In this document: piece after piece, positions 38,600 to 51,994 of the stretch
Position numbering within the stretch: the first letter of the stretch is position 1
Layout of the letters: each line of letters starts with the position of its first letter
DNA from: Eledone cirrhosa
Lineage: Eukaryota
DNA: 64,000 nt
Direction: 5' to 3'
NCBI GenBank assembly: GCA_964016885.1
Contig: OZ024742.1
Coordinates: 18,600,001 to 18,664,000, forward strand
Translations under genes and position numbers: made by a program
Notes under the pieces: model-generated
Databases searched by the model: none
Told to the model about the DNA's origin: nothing
What the model saw: only the letters and a program-made list of their open reading frames with translations

Positions 38600-41500
38600 T
38601 GTTGTATGGACTGGGAATCGAACTCACAACCTCATTGTTGTATGGACTGTTAAATTCGTTTTGTTCGGTTTGCACGTGCTCACACATTTGCATATGGGTC
38701 ACGTGACCTGGGCAGTCGGTCAGCGTTGGTATTAAAAACTCGGTCACAGACTACTTACTTACTTTATGTTATTCTGCTACTGCGAGGAGGGACGTTTTGG
38801 TTGTTTCGCAAATTACACAAATTATTTGATATAACTCGTTGTGTTTTTTCTGCGAGTACCGAGAGGAATACAACAGAGTTTACTGGCGTCGCCGATAGGA
38901 TTTACCTACATTGCCGATAGGATTTACCTACATTGCCGGGAAATTGTTTATCATAAAAACATGGCGGAACAACAAACAGCGGACCTAATAAAGTTGTTTA
39001 GAGAACAGATGGAACAACAGAGTTTATTGGCGTCGCAACAAATGCAACAACACAAGAAAGATATGGACACTCTAATAAAACTGTTTGGTGCTCGAGATTC
39101 TGAACAACAGAGTTTATTGGCGTCGCCAGTTGCTTCGACAGCAACATCATTCATCCCACCATTTGCTGCTTTTAATTCAACAACAGAACTATAGCCTGAT
39201 TACTGGTCAAGATTCTGCACGTTTGTGGCTGCTAACGCTGTACCTGAGCAACGCATGACACAAGTGTTCCTGACTAATCAGACGGCTGCTATCTACAAAC
39301 AACTTGCAAATCTGGCTGCTCAACAAAGTCCGCCTAAGAATATCAACAAGTTGACAATGGACGAAATTGTTGACTTCATGAAAGAACAGTTCGACCCAAA
39401 ACTTTTCATTGTGAGAGAACGTTTCAAGTTCTGGAGTGACATGCAACGGAAGCCAGGCGAAACTCTCCAGGAGCTGGCAGCACGTATACGTCAGGATGCA
39501 GCTACCTGTAATTTTCCTTCGATCACACATCCACAAGATGAAGCTCTAAGATAGAGATTTATATGTTCTGTCAATAATGAAGCTGTGTTGAAGGCTATTT
39601 TCAAGATCAAGGATACAGAACTAGATTTCGCCCGTGCTGTCCAAGTTGCCATCGGGACCGAAGACGCAGCAAAGGTTGCCAAGGAAACTGTTTACGATTC
39701 CAAAACCAAGCAAGTCTACAAGGTCCAGCAGAACAAGAACAAGGGTCCTCGAAAGAACTATCAGCAGTCTTATTCCACAGACCAGGAGATGTGCTACCGA
39801 TGTGGAAAGGCCCACAAAGCGACAGACTGCCCCTTCAAAGAAGCCAAATGTCATTTTTGTGACAAAAAGGGACATTTGCAAGCGGAATGTAGAAAGAAAC
39901 AACATCAGCAACGTAATCATCGCTCACAGAATTACGTAAAAAGAATCACGAAAGCTGAGCTAGTCAAGGCGATCCTTGGTGAAGTTTCCCACGATACTCA
40001 TAGTTTGAATGTGCCAATAACAATCCAGAACAGACTTTTCACAATGGAATTGGACACAGCTACTACAGGCAATTTTGTTTCCTTGTCAGTTTGGAAACAA
40101 TTAGGAAAACCGAAGCTGCAAGATGTCAAACATCGGTTTGAATCTGCCAGCAAGCACGACCTGCCCGTTCTGGGAACTTTCATGGGCCAAACCAAGGATC
40201 CAACGACCGGTAAACGGAATTCAATACCCTACATCGTCACCAAGATCCCTGATCTTAATTTGCTGGGACGAAATGTTATCCAGACTCTGGGAATTTCCGT
40301 GGACAATGCTCTAGGATTGAAAAGCATAGACAGCCAGGCCAAGAGTGAGGGTGCAGAAGTGATGCATCCAAAGACCTCAAATGAGCCCTATATTTCCATG
40401 CAACGATATTGTCACAACCAGTGTGATGAATTCCCAGATCTCTTCAAGCAAGAATCGGGATGTCTTAATGACTTCGAACTGGAAGTGAAGTTCAAGTCGG
40501 ACGCGACACCGGTCTTTCACAAGGCACGCCCGGTCCCGTTTGCTCTTCGTGATGACCTGGCCAAAGGTTACGAAGAAGGCATCGCCAAAGGAATCTGGAA
40601 GCCAGTACAGTTCAACGAATACGGAACGCCAGTGGTACCGATTCGTAAAGCACATACTTCAGGCAACCTGAAGCCCAAACTACGGATTTGTGGTGACTAC
40701 TCTGTGGGAATTAATGACCAACTTGCAGATCATCGTCATCCAATGCCACTCCCAGAGGAACTGATGCAGAAGCTCGGGGGTGGATTCGGATACACAAAGA
40801 TTGATCTTGCTGATGCCTATAATCAGATCAAGCTGGCTCCAGAAAGTCAACGCAGGCTTGCACTCAGCACTCACCGTGGGGTGCTCCTGCAGGAACGACT
40901 CCCTTTCGGAATCAAGTCAGCACCTGGTTACTTTCAGGAGATCATGGAAAACCTGACTCAAGATCTACCTGGTGTGGCCGTCTTCCAGGACGACATGCTC
41001 GTCAGTGGGAAAGATGCAAACGATCACCTGAACAACCTAAAGTGTCTGCTCACACGTCTGTGCGACAAAGGACTCAGATGTCGCTGTGACAAGTGCCAGT
41101 TTGCACTACCCAGTGTGGAATACCTTGGACACACCTTGTCGGCTGAAGGGATCGCGAAGGGATCCAAGGTCGAAGCAGTTTTAAAGATGCCACCTCCAAC
41201 GAACGTCTCAAGCTTGAAGTCTTTCCTGGGTTCAGTTCAGTTCTATGGAAAGTTTATCCCAAACCTGGCCAGCATGGCAGAGCCACTCTATTGCCTTACG
41301 AAAAATACGACTACTTGGAAGTGGGGAGATGAAGAACAGTCAGCTTTCGATCAGTTGAAAAATGTGCTTTCATCGGATCAAGTTCTGATACACTTCGATC
41401 CAAACAAAACTTTGGGACTGGCTTGCGACGCGTCAAACGTTGGTATTGGAGCAGTCCTGTTTCATCGCTATCCTGATGGAAGCGAGCGCCCAATATCCAA

Positions 41501-43531
41501 TGTGTCCAAGACTCTTACTTCTGCACAGCGTAACTACGGCCAAATTCAAAAGGAAGCCCTGGCCATCATATTTGGCTTGCAGAAGTTCTATCAGTATCTG
41601 TACGGACATCAGTTTATACTCGTAACTGACCACAAGCCACTGACATCACTGTTCAGTCCGAGGAAAGGGACGCCACTTCTCGCTGCTAACCGACTAGCAC
41701 GGTGGGCCCTGTGGCTGAACTAGTTTGACTACACCATCGAATATCGGAAAACAGCGGATCATGGCAATGCAGATGCCCTCAGTGGCTTGCCATTTGGTAA
41801 TGACATCGACTTTGACAGGAAGGAAAATGGTGAAGACATGGACATGGTGTGCGCCATCAAAGCTCTCAGTCTTCAAGTCCAACCTATCGATTCTAACGTC
41901 CTCCGTCAAGAGTCAGGGAAAGATCCAGTGATATCTACAGTGATACGCTACGTCCGTGAAGGCTGGCCACCAAAGAATACTGAAATCAATGACGAAGTCA
42001 ATAAGTTCCGGAAGTTATCGGATTCACTCAGTATCTGCCACGGATGCCTTATCCATGGATCGAGAGTTGTGATTCCACATAGCTTACAGCCAAAGATCCT
42101 CAATCTTCTGCATCTCGGACACTTTGGCATGGAGCGCATGAAACAATTGGCAAGAACTGCTGTTTATTGGCCTGGTGTCGATGCTGCTATAGAGAAAACC
42201 AGTCGACAATGTGATTCGTGTGGTGAACATCAAAACCAGCCATCCAAGTCTCCAGTTCACCCATGGATGTTACCTGAAAAGCCGTGGAGCCCCTTACACC
42301 TGGACCACGCAATAAATTTCATGGGCAGTAATTGGTTTGTGATCACGGATGCTTATTCCAAGTATCCATGCATTCATCCTACGTCATCCACGTCCTCCAG
42401 AGCCACTTTATATCTGCTTGAAGAAGACTTTGCGCACTTCGGATTTCCTCACACGCTAGTCACCGATAACGCACCAACTTTTATTTCTGAGGAGTTCCAG
42501 AGCTGGTGCAAAGAACGTGGGATCACGCACCTGACAGGGTCACCTTACCACCCATCTACTAACGGAGCAGCGGAACGTTTGGTGCAGACCTTCAAACAAG
42601 CTCTGAGGAAGACTTCTCTTCCGCCGAAGCGAGCACTTCAAGAGTTCTTGATGCAGTACCGGAGAACACCGACATCCAGTGGATTCTCCCGAGTGAACTT
42701 TTGAATCACCGGCAGATACGGACAAAGATTGATTCTCTGCTGCCTCGCCAGCACACATCGCTCAAGGCAAGCAGTCTAAGGAAGCATATAAATCTCAGAT
42801 GACTCCGGACTCGGCAGGTGTCGCTAAGGTTACCAGGCAGTACAAGGCTGGAGATCCTGTGTATGCACTGTACTACGGACTACGCCGAGACAAAGATCCC
42901 CGATGGGTACCAGCAATCATTAAGAAGTCATTGGGTACTCGCTGCTTCAACGTTAAGGTCATACCTCACGGCCCGTTGTGGAGACGACACTGGGAACAGC
43001 TGCAACCGCGGTACACTACTGAGGAAGACAATGAACCTGGTGATGCAGTAGACACTGTTTTTGAATTTGCAACAGATCACCCGACGGAGATCTCGGAAAT
43101 CGTTCCACTAACTCCAAGACAGACCAGACCCAAGACCTTGTTGCCCGTTCCAGAGTATGGACCAGACAATCGAAGACGGTCCAAGAGAACTCGTAAACCC
43201 TCAGAGAGACTTTGCTGTTGATGCTTCTTTTGTCGCATCAATTTCGGTGGGGAGGTGTTGTATGGACTGGGAATCGAACTCACAACCTCATTGTTGTATG
43301 GACTGTTAAATTTCTATTAAATTTACACGTGCTCACACATTTGCATATGAATCACGTGACCTGGGCAGTCAGTCAGCGTTGGTATTAAAAACTCGGTCAC
43401 AGACTGCTACTTACTTACTTTATGTTATTCTGCTACTGCGAGGAGGGGCGTTTTGGTTGTTTCGCAAATTACACAATTAATTTGATATAACTCGTTGTGT
43501 TTTCTCTGCGAGTAACGAGAGGAATACAACA
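38600..43531 (+). mobile_element. Gypsy LTR retrotransposon, Mag-like, full-length (4932 bp), nested
   Basis: 276-bp LTRs at 38600-38875 and 43256-43531 (TGTTGTAT..ATACAACA). 5-bp TSD ATAAG. PBS TGGCGTCGC at 38883. PPT GGTGGGGAGG. Confidence 0.97.
38961..43221 (+). pseudogene. gag-pol polyprotein with two Cys/His knuckles, protease, RT, RNase H and integrase; disrupted
   Basis: CYRCGKAHKATDC, CHFCDKKGHLQAEC, MELDTATTG, KIDLADAYNQI, RLPFGI, FQDD, LACDASNVGIGAVL, VTDHKPL, HLGHFG..CDSC, LVTDN and NGAAER. TAG stops at 39191, 39552 and 41721, plus frameshifts. Confidence 0.95.
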
Positions 43532-44161
43532 ATAAGAGTTGAAGTTAGAAGGATAGATATATCCTTTGAACTTTGGTTAGTCTCCCAAGGGATTAGTTTG
43601 CCAAGCGTAAACAAGTCAGAAAGATGGATATATCCTCTGACCTATTTTCTGTCAGGCGTAAACACCTCTGACCTGTGTTTAGCATTTCCCAAGAGGTTAG
43701 TCTCTTGAGCGTAAACAAGTTACCACGGCTTGTCCCAGAGGCGGGAAAGCTCAGATTCGGTTTCGAATCTTTGCCGCCGTTATAGTACCCCCCTTCCAGT
43801 GAGAAAGCTAAGATTGAACGATCTAGGTGCATGTGAAATTAAGATAGGTATGTCTAGGTGTGTTGTTGAAGAAAATCAGTAAAAACAAAAAAACACATGA
43901 AAGTCATTTACAAACAGGAGAAATGAAAGAAAACATGCAAAGCAAAAGAAATTTACATGCAGGAAAATGTACTGTGATGTTACATAAAATTGAAAATGTT
44001 CGTACGAAAAGTTTGTTGATTAAAAGTTCGTTCATTTCATAGAAACGGAAAATTGTTCTTTTGTCAGTTCTTTTGACGTGGGTGATGCACAGTGTTAATT
44101 GATTTGTGTGCAGCAATAGTTCATGACCACAGAAATTGGCCGATTCGTTGAAATGTACAAA

Positions 44162-47100
44162 TTAGCCGAAACAATTTGTACTTAGCCGATAAACTTGTAC
44201 GTATCGCGTGGGCCATCTGACTGTTCTTCCAGATTTGGTGTGTCGGGGTTGTGCAGAATTTGTCGTGTTTGTGTCGGGCAAAGTTGTTGGTGAGTCTACT
44301 GGAGAAACGGTGGGTACTGGTGGCAATTCCTGTTCTATGAACGCTTTTTTTAAACGATCAATGGAGACGGTATTTCGTTTCCCGTTCAAGTCGAGGACGA
44401 AATACTTAGGGCATTTCTGTATCACCTTATAGGGTCCGGAAGACGGCGGACGAAGTTGCGATGGAATACCGTCATTTCTAACGAAAACATGCGTCCATGT
44501 ATCGATGTCTTTTGGTATGTGTGGAGTAACGTGCTGTTGTTTAGGGGCTGAAGGAGACAGATGCGACATCGATGACCGTAAACGGTGCACATATTTTGTT
44601 GGGTCTGGAAGTTCTTGTGGCGAAACAGGAGCGATCATTTGTCCGGGTAGAGTGAGTACGGTGCCATACACCATTTCAGCCGGAGAATGTCCGAATCCCT
44701 TCTTAATAGTGGAACGAATACCAAGAAGAATGAGTGGGAGGTATTCGAACCAGTTAGTGGAGTCTTCGTAAGCCTTGATAGATGATTTTAGCTGGCGGTG
44801 TAAGCGTTCTACCATGCCGTTAGCGGCAGGGTGATACGCTGTTGTACGGATGTGTTTGCACCCGAGGAGACGAGTCAGCTCGGTAAATAGGTGCGAATCG
44901 AACTGACGTCCTCTACCCGTAGTGATGGTCGCGGGTGTGCCGAAACGCGAAACCCAGTGAAACACTAGCGTTTTGGCGACAGTTTCCGCAGTAATATCCG
45001 TCAGAGGAAAAGCTTCTGGCCAGCGAGAAAATCGGTCGACACAGGTGAGAAGATGAGTGTAGTTGTGAGAAGGAGGCAAAGGTCCAACGATGTCTATATG
45101 CACATGTTGGAACCGTGCATCAGGTGTTGCGAAAGAACCGATCGGGGCTTTGATGTGCCGGTGAATTTTAGCCTTCTGGCACGCGATACAGTTCCTAGCC
45201 CATTCGCGGGTGTCCTTGTTGATGTTGGGCCACACAGAGCGGGCAACCATCAGTTTCTGCGTGGCGCGGACGCCAGGATATGCCAGAGAATGCAGTGCCG
45301 AGAAAACGTCGCGTCGATGTTTCCGGGGCACGTATGGGCGCCCGTGGCCTGTGGAGATGTCGCACCAAATATAACTCGAAGAAGAGGTCAGCGGGCATTC
45401 CTTCAATTTCAAGGATGATTTCCGGAGTTGCAGCAGTTCCTCGTCATTCTGTTGATCCGCTGCAATCCTCTGGAGGTCGATAGTGGCAGTGGTGTGGATT
45501 GCGTTAAGCTCCATGCACGATAGGGTATCAGCTGCTGAGTTGGTGGCACCCTTAATGTACCGAATATCAGTAGTGTACTGAGAAATGAAGTCCAGATGTC
45601 AGACTTCCCTGGGTGAGTGTCGGTGAGGCTTGGCATTGAACGCGTACACTAGTGGTTTGTGGTCGGTGTATATAGAGAACACACGACCTTCTAGCATGTG
45701 TCGAAAATGCTTGACAGCAAGGTATGCTGCCAATAATTCACGACTGAATGTGCTGTACTTAGTTTCAGCGAGTTTTAATCGCTTAGAGAAAAAAGATACA
45801 GGTCGCCAAATATCGCCAGAGAGTTGTTGAAGCACACCTCCAACTCCGAAATCGGATGCATCAGTCAATAAACACATTAGGGCGTCAGGTTTGGGGGTAA
45901 CTCAGCATTGTAGCCTCGGACAACATTTTCTTCAACTCAGCGAAAGCGGTACATTCTTTGTCGCTGAGCTTGATGTTTGCGTTTTTGGTTGTACGCTGCT
46001 GCAGCAAATCTGAGTGGTTGGGCTGTCTCTGCACAGTGGGGTATAAATCTTCTGTAGAAGTTTACCAGGCCAAGAAATTCTCGCAGTTTGCGGAGAGATG
46101 TAGGTTGTGGAAAATCAATGATGGATTTGACTTTCTCCTTAAGTGGGCGAATACCATCTTTGTCAATGATGTGTCCCAGAAAATGAAGGGACACAACTTC
46201 GAACTCACATTTGCTGGGGTTGATAACAATTCTGTATTCACGCAAACGTGTGAATAGGAGATCCAGGTGTTTCTCATGTTCTTCATCGGAGCTGCTGGCC
46301 ACCAGTAAGTCGTCAATGTATGCGTATACAAAAGATAGACCTCTGTTGACTGTATCGATGAATCGCTGGAATGTCTGCGCTGCATTTCTAAACCGAAAGG
46401 CATACGCAGAAATTCGAACATTCCAAAGGGTGTTGTGACTGCGGTCTTTGGAATATCTGCGGGCTCAACGGGTATCTGATTGTAAGCTCGCACAAGATCG
46501 ATCTTCGAAAATATGCGAGCCCCGTGCAGCGAGCTAGAGAAGTCCTGTAGATGAGGCACTGGATAAGAATCAGGAACGGTGCAGTTGTTCAGTGCACGGT
46601 AGTCGCCACAGATTCGCCAGTCGTTCGACGACTTCTTAGGTACACAGTGTATGGGTGAGGACCAGTTGCTGCTGGACGGACGTATGATGCCGAGATCCAG
46701 CATGTGCTGAAATTCTTGTTTGACGGACTTCAGCCGGTCTGGTGGTAGCCTTCTAGGTCGTGCAGCGACAGGTGGTCCGTGTGTTTTTATGTGGTGTGTG
46801 ACGTCATGTTTTACAGGGCAAGCGTTGAATAGTGGTCGAGCTACGTCTGGGTATTTGTTGATGATGTGGTTGTGCCGGGTTGTTGTTGTCGATCGTGAAA
46901 TGACTGGACTGACTGTGGCTGTCCTAGCGGCTATGCCGCGCACAGCGAGACCAGTGGAGTTGTCAACGAGTCGTTAGTTTTTCAGATCCACTAGAAGCGA
47001 GAAGTGCTGAAGAAAATCAGCTCCTAAAATAGGGGTCGGCAGCTAAGCCACAACGAATACCCACTGAAAAATGCGGCGTAGTTCCAAATTTAGTGTCAGG

Positions 47101-47330
47101 GACTGTTCTCCGTAGGTCGGAATATGTGAGTGATTCACCGCCTGGAGCCAGGCTGGTGTCTCTCTCCTTTTTCCAGGAATGTAGGAAACCGGGATGATGC
47201 TCACTTTAGCACCGGTGTCGACCAGGAAACGCGTGTCTGTGACGCGATCCTGAATGAAAAATAGGCGACTTTGGTTATCAGGGCCAGAAACGTTCGTCGC
47301 ATTCAGTTTCTGGCTGTATCGTTTCCCTGA
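44162..47330 (-). pseudogene. pol (protease, RT, RNase H, integrase) of the CsRn1-like element; disrupted
   Basis: [62 protein letters not shown] and NGMVERLHR, spread over several frames. Confidence 0.93.
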
Positions 47331-48178
47331 TTCGTTTTCGAAACAAATGAACAGGGATGGCTGCACTTTTGCGCTCGTCTCCCGAATCTTTGGTGGTACC
47401 AACACATTTCTGGTGAATCTCGAGATGCGCTCGGACTTCTTGAGCGACCACCAAATCGGCGAGTTCGACTGTTGGACCGACGCGTGGCCGGGTTGCCCAG
47501 TGACAAGGCCTGAATTTGTTGCGTCAAGGCCTGTATCTGTGTTGCTTGCTGTGCCAGTAACTGGGGTAGATCGGGCATCTCTGTGGCACTGGAGGGCTGA
47601 AGGAAAGGATTGGTGGAAGGCACGGCTGGCGTCACATTCGCTATTTTTGAGTGCGGATGTGGTACCTCCATGATCTTATCTGCCAGCTCGGCGAGTTCTT
47701 CTATGGTGGTGGACTCCCTGGTGGATGCTAGTACAACTTGTGTAGCAGAAGGTAAACGCTGGAGGAAGAGTTGCTTGAAAATTTCATCCGGGAGTTTATG
47801 TTCACCCAGGAGTTGCTTCATTAGCCGTAGGAGTTGCGTCGGCTTTTTATCTCCTAATTCCTCCGATATGAGGAGCTGGTGCAAACGTTTCTGCTGCGAC
47901 TCCGACGTCCGCTTAACTAATGTTCTTTTAAATGTGTCATATGACACAGAGCCGGGTGGTGCTAAAATGAGGTCTCGAACATCATTCATAACCTCCGGAG
48001 ACATCGAACCGATGACATGTGTGAGACGGGATGCCTCGCTAACGATCCGGTTCGATGCGAACTGCGCTTCGATGTGCGCGAACCACAGTGTTGGATCGTG
48101 CACCCAGAATGGTGGAATCCTTAATGTCGCCCTGACTGCCATTTCTGCCGTAGATGAATCGTCGTGTGCTAGAGACAT
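47303..48178 (-). CDS. gag of the CsRn1-like Gypsy element (intact 291-aa ORF)
   Basis: LRIPPFWVHDPTLWFAHIEAQF N-terminus and the CHCC motif CWYHQRFGRRAQKCSHPC typical of the CsRn1 clade. Confidence 0.88.
   Translation of the reverse strand: MSLAHDDSSTAEMAVRATLRIPPFWVHDPTLWFAHIEAQFASNRIVSEASRLTHVIGSMSPEVMNDVRDLILAPPGSVSYDTFKRTLVKRTSESQQKRLHQLLISEELGDKKPTQLLRLMKQLLGEHKLPDEIFKQLFLQRLPSATQVVLASTRESTTIEELAELADKIMEVPHPHSKIANVTPAVPSTNPFLQPSSATEMPDLPQLLAQQATQIQALTQQIQALSLGNPATRRSNSRTRRFGGRSRSPSASRDSPEMCWYHQRFGRRAQKCSHPCSFVSKTNQGNDTARN
47321..47327 (-). promoter_or_regulatory. -1 ribosomal frameshift slippery site G GGA AAC at the gag/pol overlap
   Basis: An X XXY YYZ heptamer in the gag frame (CAG GGA AAC), five codons before the gag stop. 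The -1 frame runs into the protease. Confidence 0.75.
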
Positions 48179-49051
48179 CGTTTGTAGTGGATGATCAGAA
48201 GGTTGTGTGTCTGTTTTACGGGGTCAACAGTTGTAACGGAATATTATGTGTGGTTGTAACGATAAGTGGATGGATAGATGTAACTGTTGGTATGGTGGTT
48301 TCGATGTAAAGAAAAATACCAGGATTGTGTTGTTACAAAGTTTATTTTATTATAACAATATTCAATTTGAATATTGAATGATAAAATCAATGACACAAAA
48401 TATTCATACAATAATTTGGTGGCTATCGAGCCACGTAAATTCAAGTATCACAGAATATGATTATATATGTGTAAACAGAAATGAATGGTGCGTGTACAGA
48501 TGCTGGACTCACTATGAATGCGTGTGTGCGGCGTATCAGTATATTTACTTATTTGTATTGCAGGAGTCAGCGATCAGCCAGGAAGGTGAGAATAAGTGGC
48601 AGACTGGTTTTTCGTGACGAGGGCTTGTAAATGCGACTTGTCTTGTCTGTATATCACTTCTTTTCTATTCGAGGCGTAAACAATCCCTGTATTTATAAGA
48701 GTTGAAGTTAGAAGGATATATATATCCTCTGAACTTTGGTTAGTCTCCCAAGGGATTAGTTTGCCAAGCGTAAACAAGTCAGAAAGATGGATATATCCTC
48801 TGACCTATTTTCTGTCAGGCGTAAACACCTCTGACCTGTGTTTAGCCTCTCCCAAGGGGTTAGTCTCTTGAGCATAAACAAGTTACCACGGCTTGTCCCA
48901 GAGGCGGGAAAGCTCAGATTCGGTTTCGAATCTTCGCCGCCGTTATATATGTATATATATGTATATATATGTGTATGTGTGTATATATCCCTATATATAT
49001 GTGTGTGTGTTTGTATATATGTATATATATATATATATATGTATGTGTGTT

Positions 49052-49110
<59 letters not shown>

Positions 49111-49416
49111 TAGTAGGTGGTGGCCACCCTATTCAGCGGAGAGTGTGTAGTTAATGGATGTTGACTGGTATTAAACCCTAGGCTGTAAGGAACCACCAAC
49201 AGGACTACAAGACACTGGTCAGGATTTTCAGAATTTCTGGCAATCCACAGGGTAATAATAATAATAATAATACATGTGTATAGCTGTGTGTGTGTGTGTA
49301 TATATGTATATATGTGTGTGTGTGTATATATATATATATATGTGTGTGTATGCATATATGTATGTGTATATATATATATATATATACATATGTGTGTGTA
49401 TATATATGTGTATATG

Positions 49417-49452
<36 letters not shown>

Positions 49453-49474
49453 TGTATGTATGTATGTATGTATC

Positions 49475-49890
49475 ATCCGGGAGAGATGACCCCTTAGCCT
49501 TTGTCAAGGCAGAATTCTTGGAGAAGGAAAACTCTGATATAGCACCTGCAACCCTGATGGTATCCAATGATGTTGACTTGTTCTTCTTTTTGGTAAATAT
49601 CATCTTGGTTAAGAGAGTGGGACTGGCTTTGTGCAGTGACTTTGCTCACTATAAAAGCTTCACTGCACAGGCATTGCTTTATATCTGGAGACCTCTCTGC
49701 ACTTGTCGTCACATGGTACCATGGGCCCAGCACTATGTGTCAATAATTGTCACAAGTGTAGTCTTTGTACCAGAGTTTTCAAGTCGCTGGCTGGACTAAA
49801 AAGTCACACTCGTTCAGTGCATCGGTAGAGGTTCTCCTACATGGATATAAAGTAGTGGCCGTACTCGAAAACGAGTTGGCATCCACCATG
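49475..49890 (+). mobile_element. RTE/BovB-like LINE remnant with C-terminal C2H2 finger
   Basis: The 3' part reads [24 protein letters not shown], followed by a small CTCG/CGAG hairpin and an (ATGT)-type tail. The 5' part, ggagaaggaaaactctga, resembles RTE 5' UTRs. Confidence 0.45.
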
Positions 49891-50140
49891 TATGTGTATA
49901 TGTGTACATATGTATGTATGTGTATATGTATATATGTGTATATATGTGTACATATGTATGTATGTGTATATGTATGTATGTATATATGTATGTATATATA
50001 TGTATATATGTATGTATATATATGTATATATGTATGCATATATGTATGCATATATGTATGCATATATGTATGTATATATATGTGTATATATATATATATA
50101 CATACGGCTTGAGCTCTGTCGTCGGGGTCTTGAACATTTT

Positions 50141-50212
<72 letters not shown>

Positions 50213-51126
50213 GGGGGAGAGAGGGAGAGAGAGGGAGAGAGAGAGAGAGAGAGGGAGAGAGAGAGAGAGAGAGAGGGAGAGATATGCTATATCATCTAAA
50301 CATCTAAACATTTCATACTATTGCAAATGACAAAATGTGACTTTTCACGATCAGCTTATCTCCAATGTGTATTTAACTGATGAATCATTCATAATGGCTG
50401 CTCGTGCTTACAGAAAGAAAATTTAACATATATACAGTATAGAAACAACGTGAGGTCTGTGAAACATTCTCCAAACATTCTCTTTGCATTGTTAACAGAA
50501 TGTCAGTTCCACGGAGACTCCACTAAAAACGTGATACAAGATTAAATGGACATCTTTACTCAAGAAATCAACATTATCAATTCTATAAACGAAATGATAA
50601 ATTTTTTTTCCCATGAAAGGTTTCGTACAATTCCTGGTAATGATTAATCAGTAATTTTCATTAACAATACTAATAATTAAGTCGATCAGTAGAGGTCGAT
50701 AATTACTTCTTGTTATGTGGACACAATAATATCGAACGGTTTTCAATTTGGAAACTCAAATAGATATCACAAAGTATCATCTGAAATGGTCTTCTGTCGG
50801 TTTCGACGATCAGTATTCAAGTATGTTCATGAAATTAACGTGTAAGTGACTGAACATTCTAAGGTCACATGTATCTTAACGTAAATTCTCAGGGAGATTC
50901 AACATGGTAGTGTGAGACACGACTGCTCATTTGAATTACAGATAAAATCATTAGAACATCGGATAGAATGCTTTGTGGTATTATTTCCAGTTCTCTAGGC
51001 GTTGAGTTCAAATCCTGCTGAGGTCAACTTTAACTCTCATCATTTCGCTGCAGCGGTTGATGAACGAATGATGGATTTTGTCTGTTACGCAGTAATGTAC
51101 TTTCTCAAACATCAAATAAATGTATA

Positions 51127-51613
51127 CTAGCAGAAAAACCACGCCTCGGGAGGTTTTCTGCTAACATGTGTAGTGTGTATATTGATATTATACGCAAGTA
51201 TATATGCATGTAGATATGATACATCAAATAAAATCGTAATTAACAATATACACAGAAATTGAACGAAGACTGCGTTACACTGTCTTATGTAATCAGTAAC
51301 GTAATCCATGATACATTAAAAAAAGACGATATTCTATATAAACTGCATATGGAGAAAATTAGTGACGGAAATATATGAATGTTTATTTAAGCGATCGCTA
51401 ACCGGAAGTGTTGACATTTGAAAATTTTAAAGAAGTGAATCTTAAAATAAGCACCAAAATTATTTATATTTAATAAAGAATAACGAAATTTAGTAGATAA
51501 ATTATGTATTATTCATTTATTATTTATTCAAAGTAATCCAACTTATTTTACAAACGGGATAACAAATATATTCTGGACGTAGTCCCGCACTCCTTACTTT
51601 ATTATAGTTTAGA
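51127..51613 (-). mobile_element. Non-autonomous Helitron (487 bp) with intact ends
   Basis: Minus strand starts A|TCTAAACTATAATAAAG and ends with the hairpin TAGCAGAAAACC...GGTTTTTCTG-CTAG|T. Inserted between A and T with no TSD. Confidence 0.82.
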
Positions 51614-51769
51614 TATAGGTCAGAAGCAATGTTTTTATTGGCGGAGATGTATTTGTTTCGCAAGGTTTTTGATATGAAATCGTGTTGAAACAGATATTGT
51701 TATATTTGGAGAGGGTTCAAATACTCTATCCTAGTATATCAATGTCGTGGTATTCATAGGAGTTTATCA

Positions 51770-51897
51770 CTAATGGCACAAGGCCAACTATTTCGGAGGA
51801 AGACAAAGTCCATTAAATTGATCCCAGTGCGTTACTGGTACTTTATTTATCGACGCCGTAAGAATGAAAGGCAAAGCTAACCTCAACGGGATTTGAG
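51770..51897 (-). mobile_element. SINE family A fragment
   Basis: ggcacaaggccaac...ctggtactttatttatcgacgccgtaagaatgaaaggcaaagctaacctc. Further fragments at about 50955-51045 (+), 53436-53518 (-) and 56500-56555 (-). Confidence 0.7.
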
Positions 51898-51994
51898 GTT
51901 AGCTTTGATGAGGAGTGAGAATCAACCAATCAGATAGCGAGTAACATCAACAATTATCACTGGAATTCTATAAGAATCCAGCTTCTATAATTCA

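Larger units (their letters stand above)
38150..48947 (-). mobile_element. Gypsy LTR retrotransposon, CsRn1-like, full-length but decayed; its 3' LTR is interrupted by another element
   Basis: LTRs at 48232-48947 (716 bp) and 38150-43784 (split), with ends TGTAACGG..CCGTTATA. 4-bp TSD TATG. PBS-like TGTTGACCCCG (variant of tRNA-Trp-type TGGTGACCCCG) at 48219-48229. PPT GGAAGGGGGG at about 43788-43797. Confidence 0.95.
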
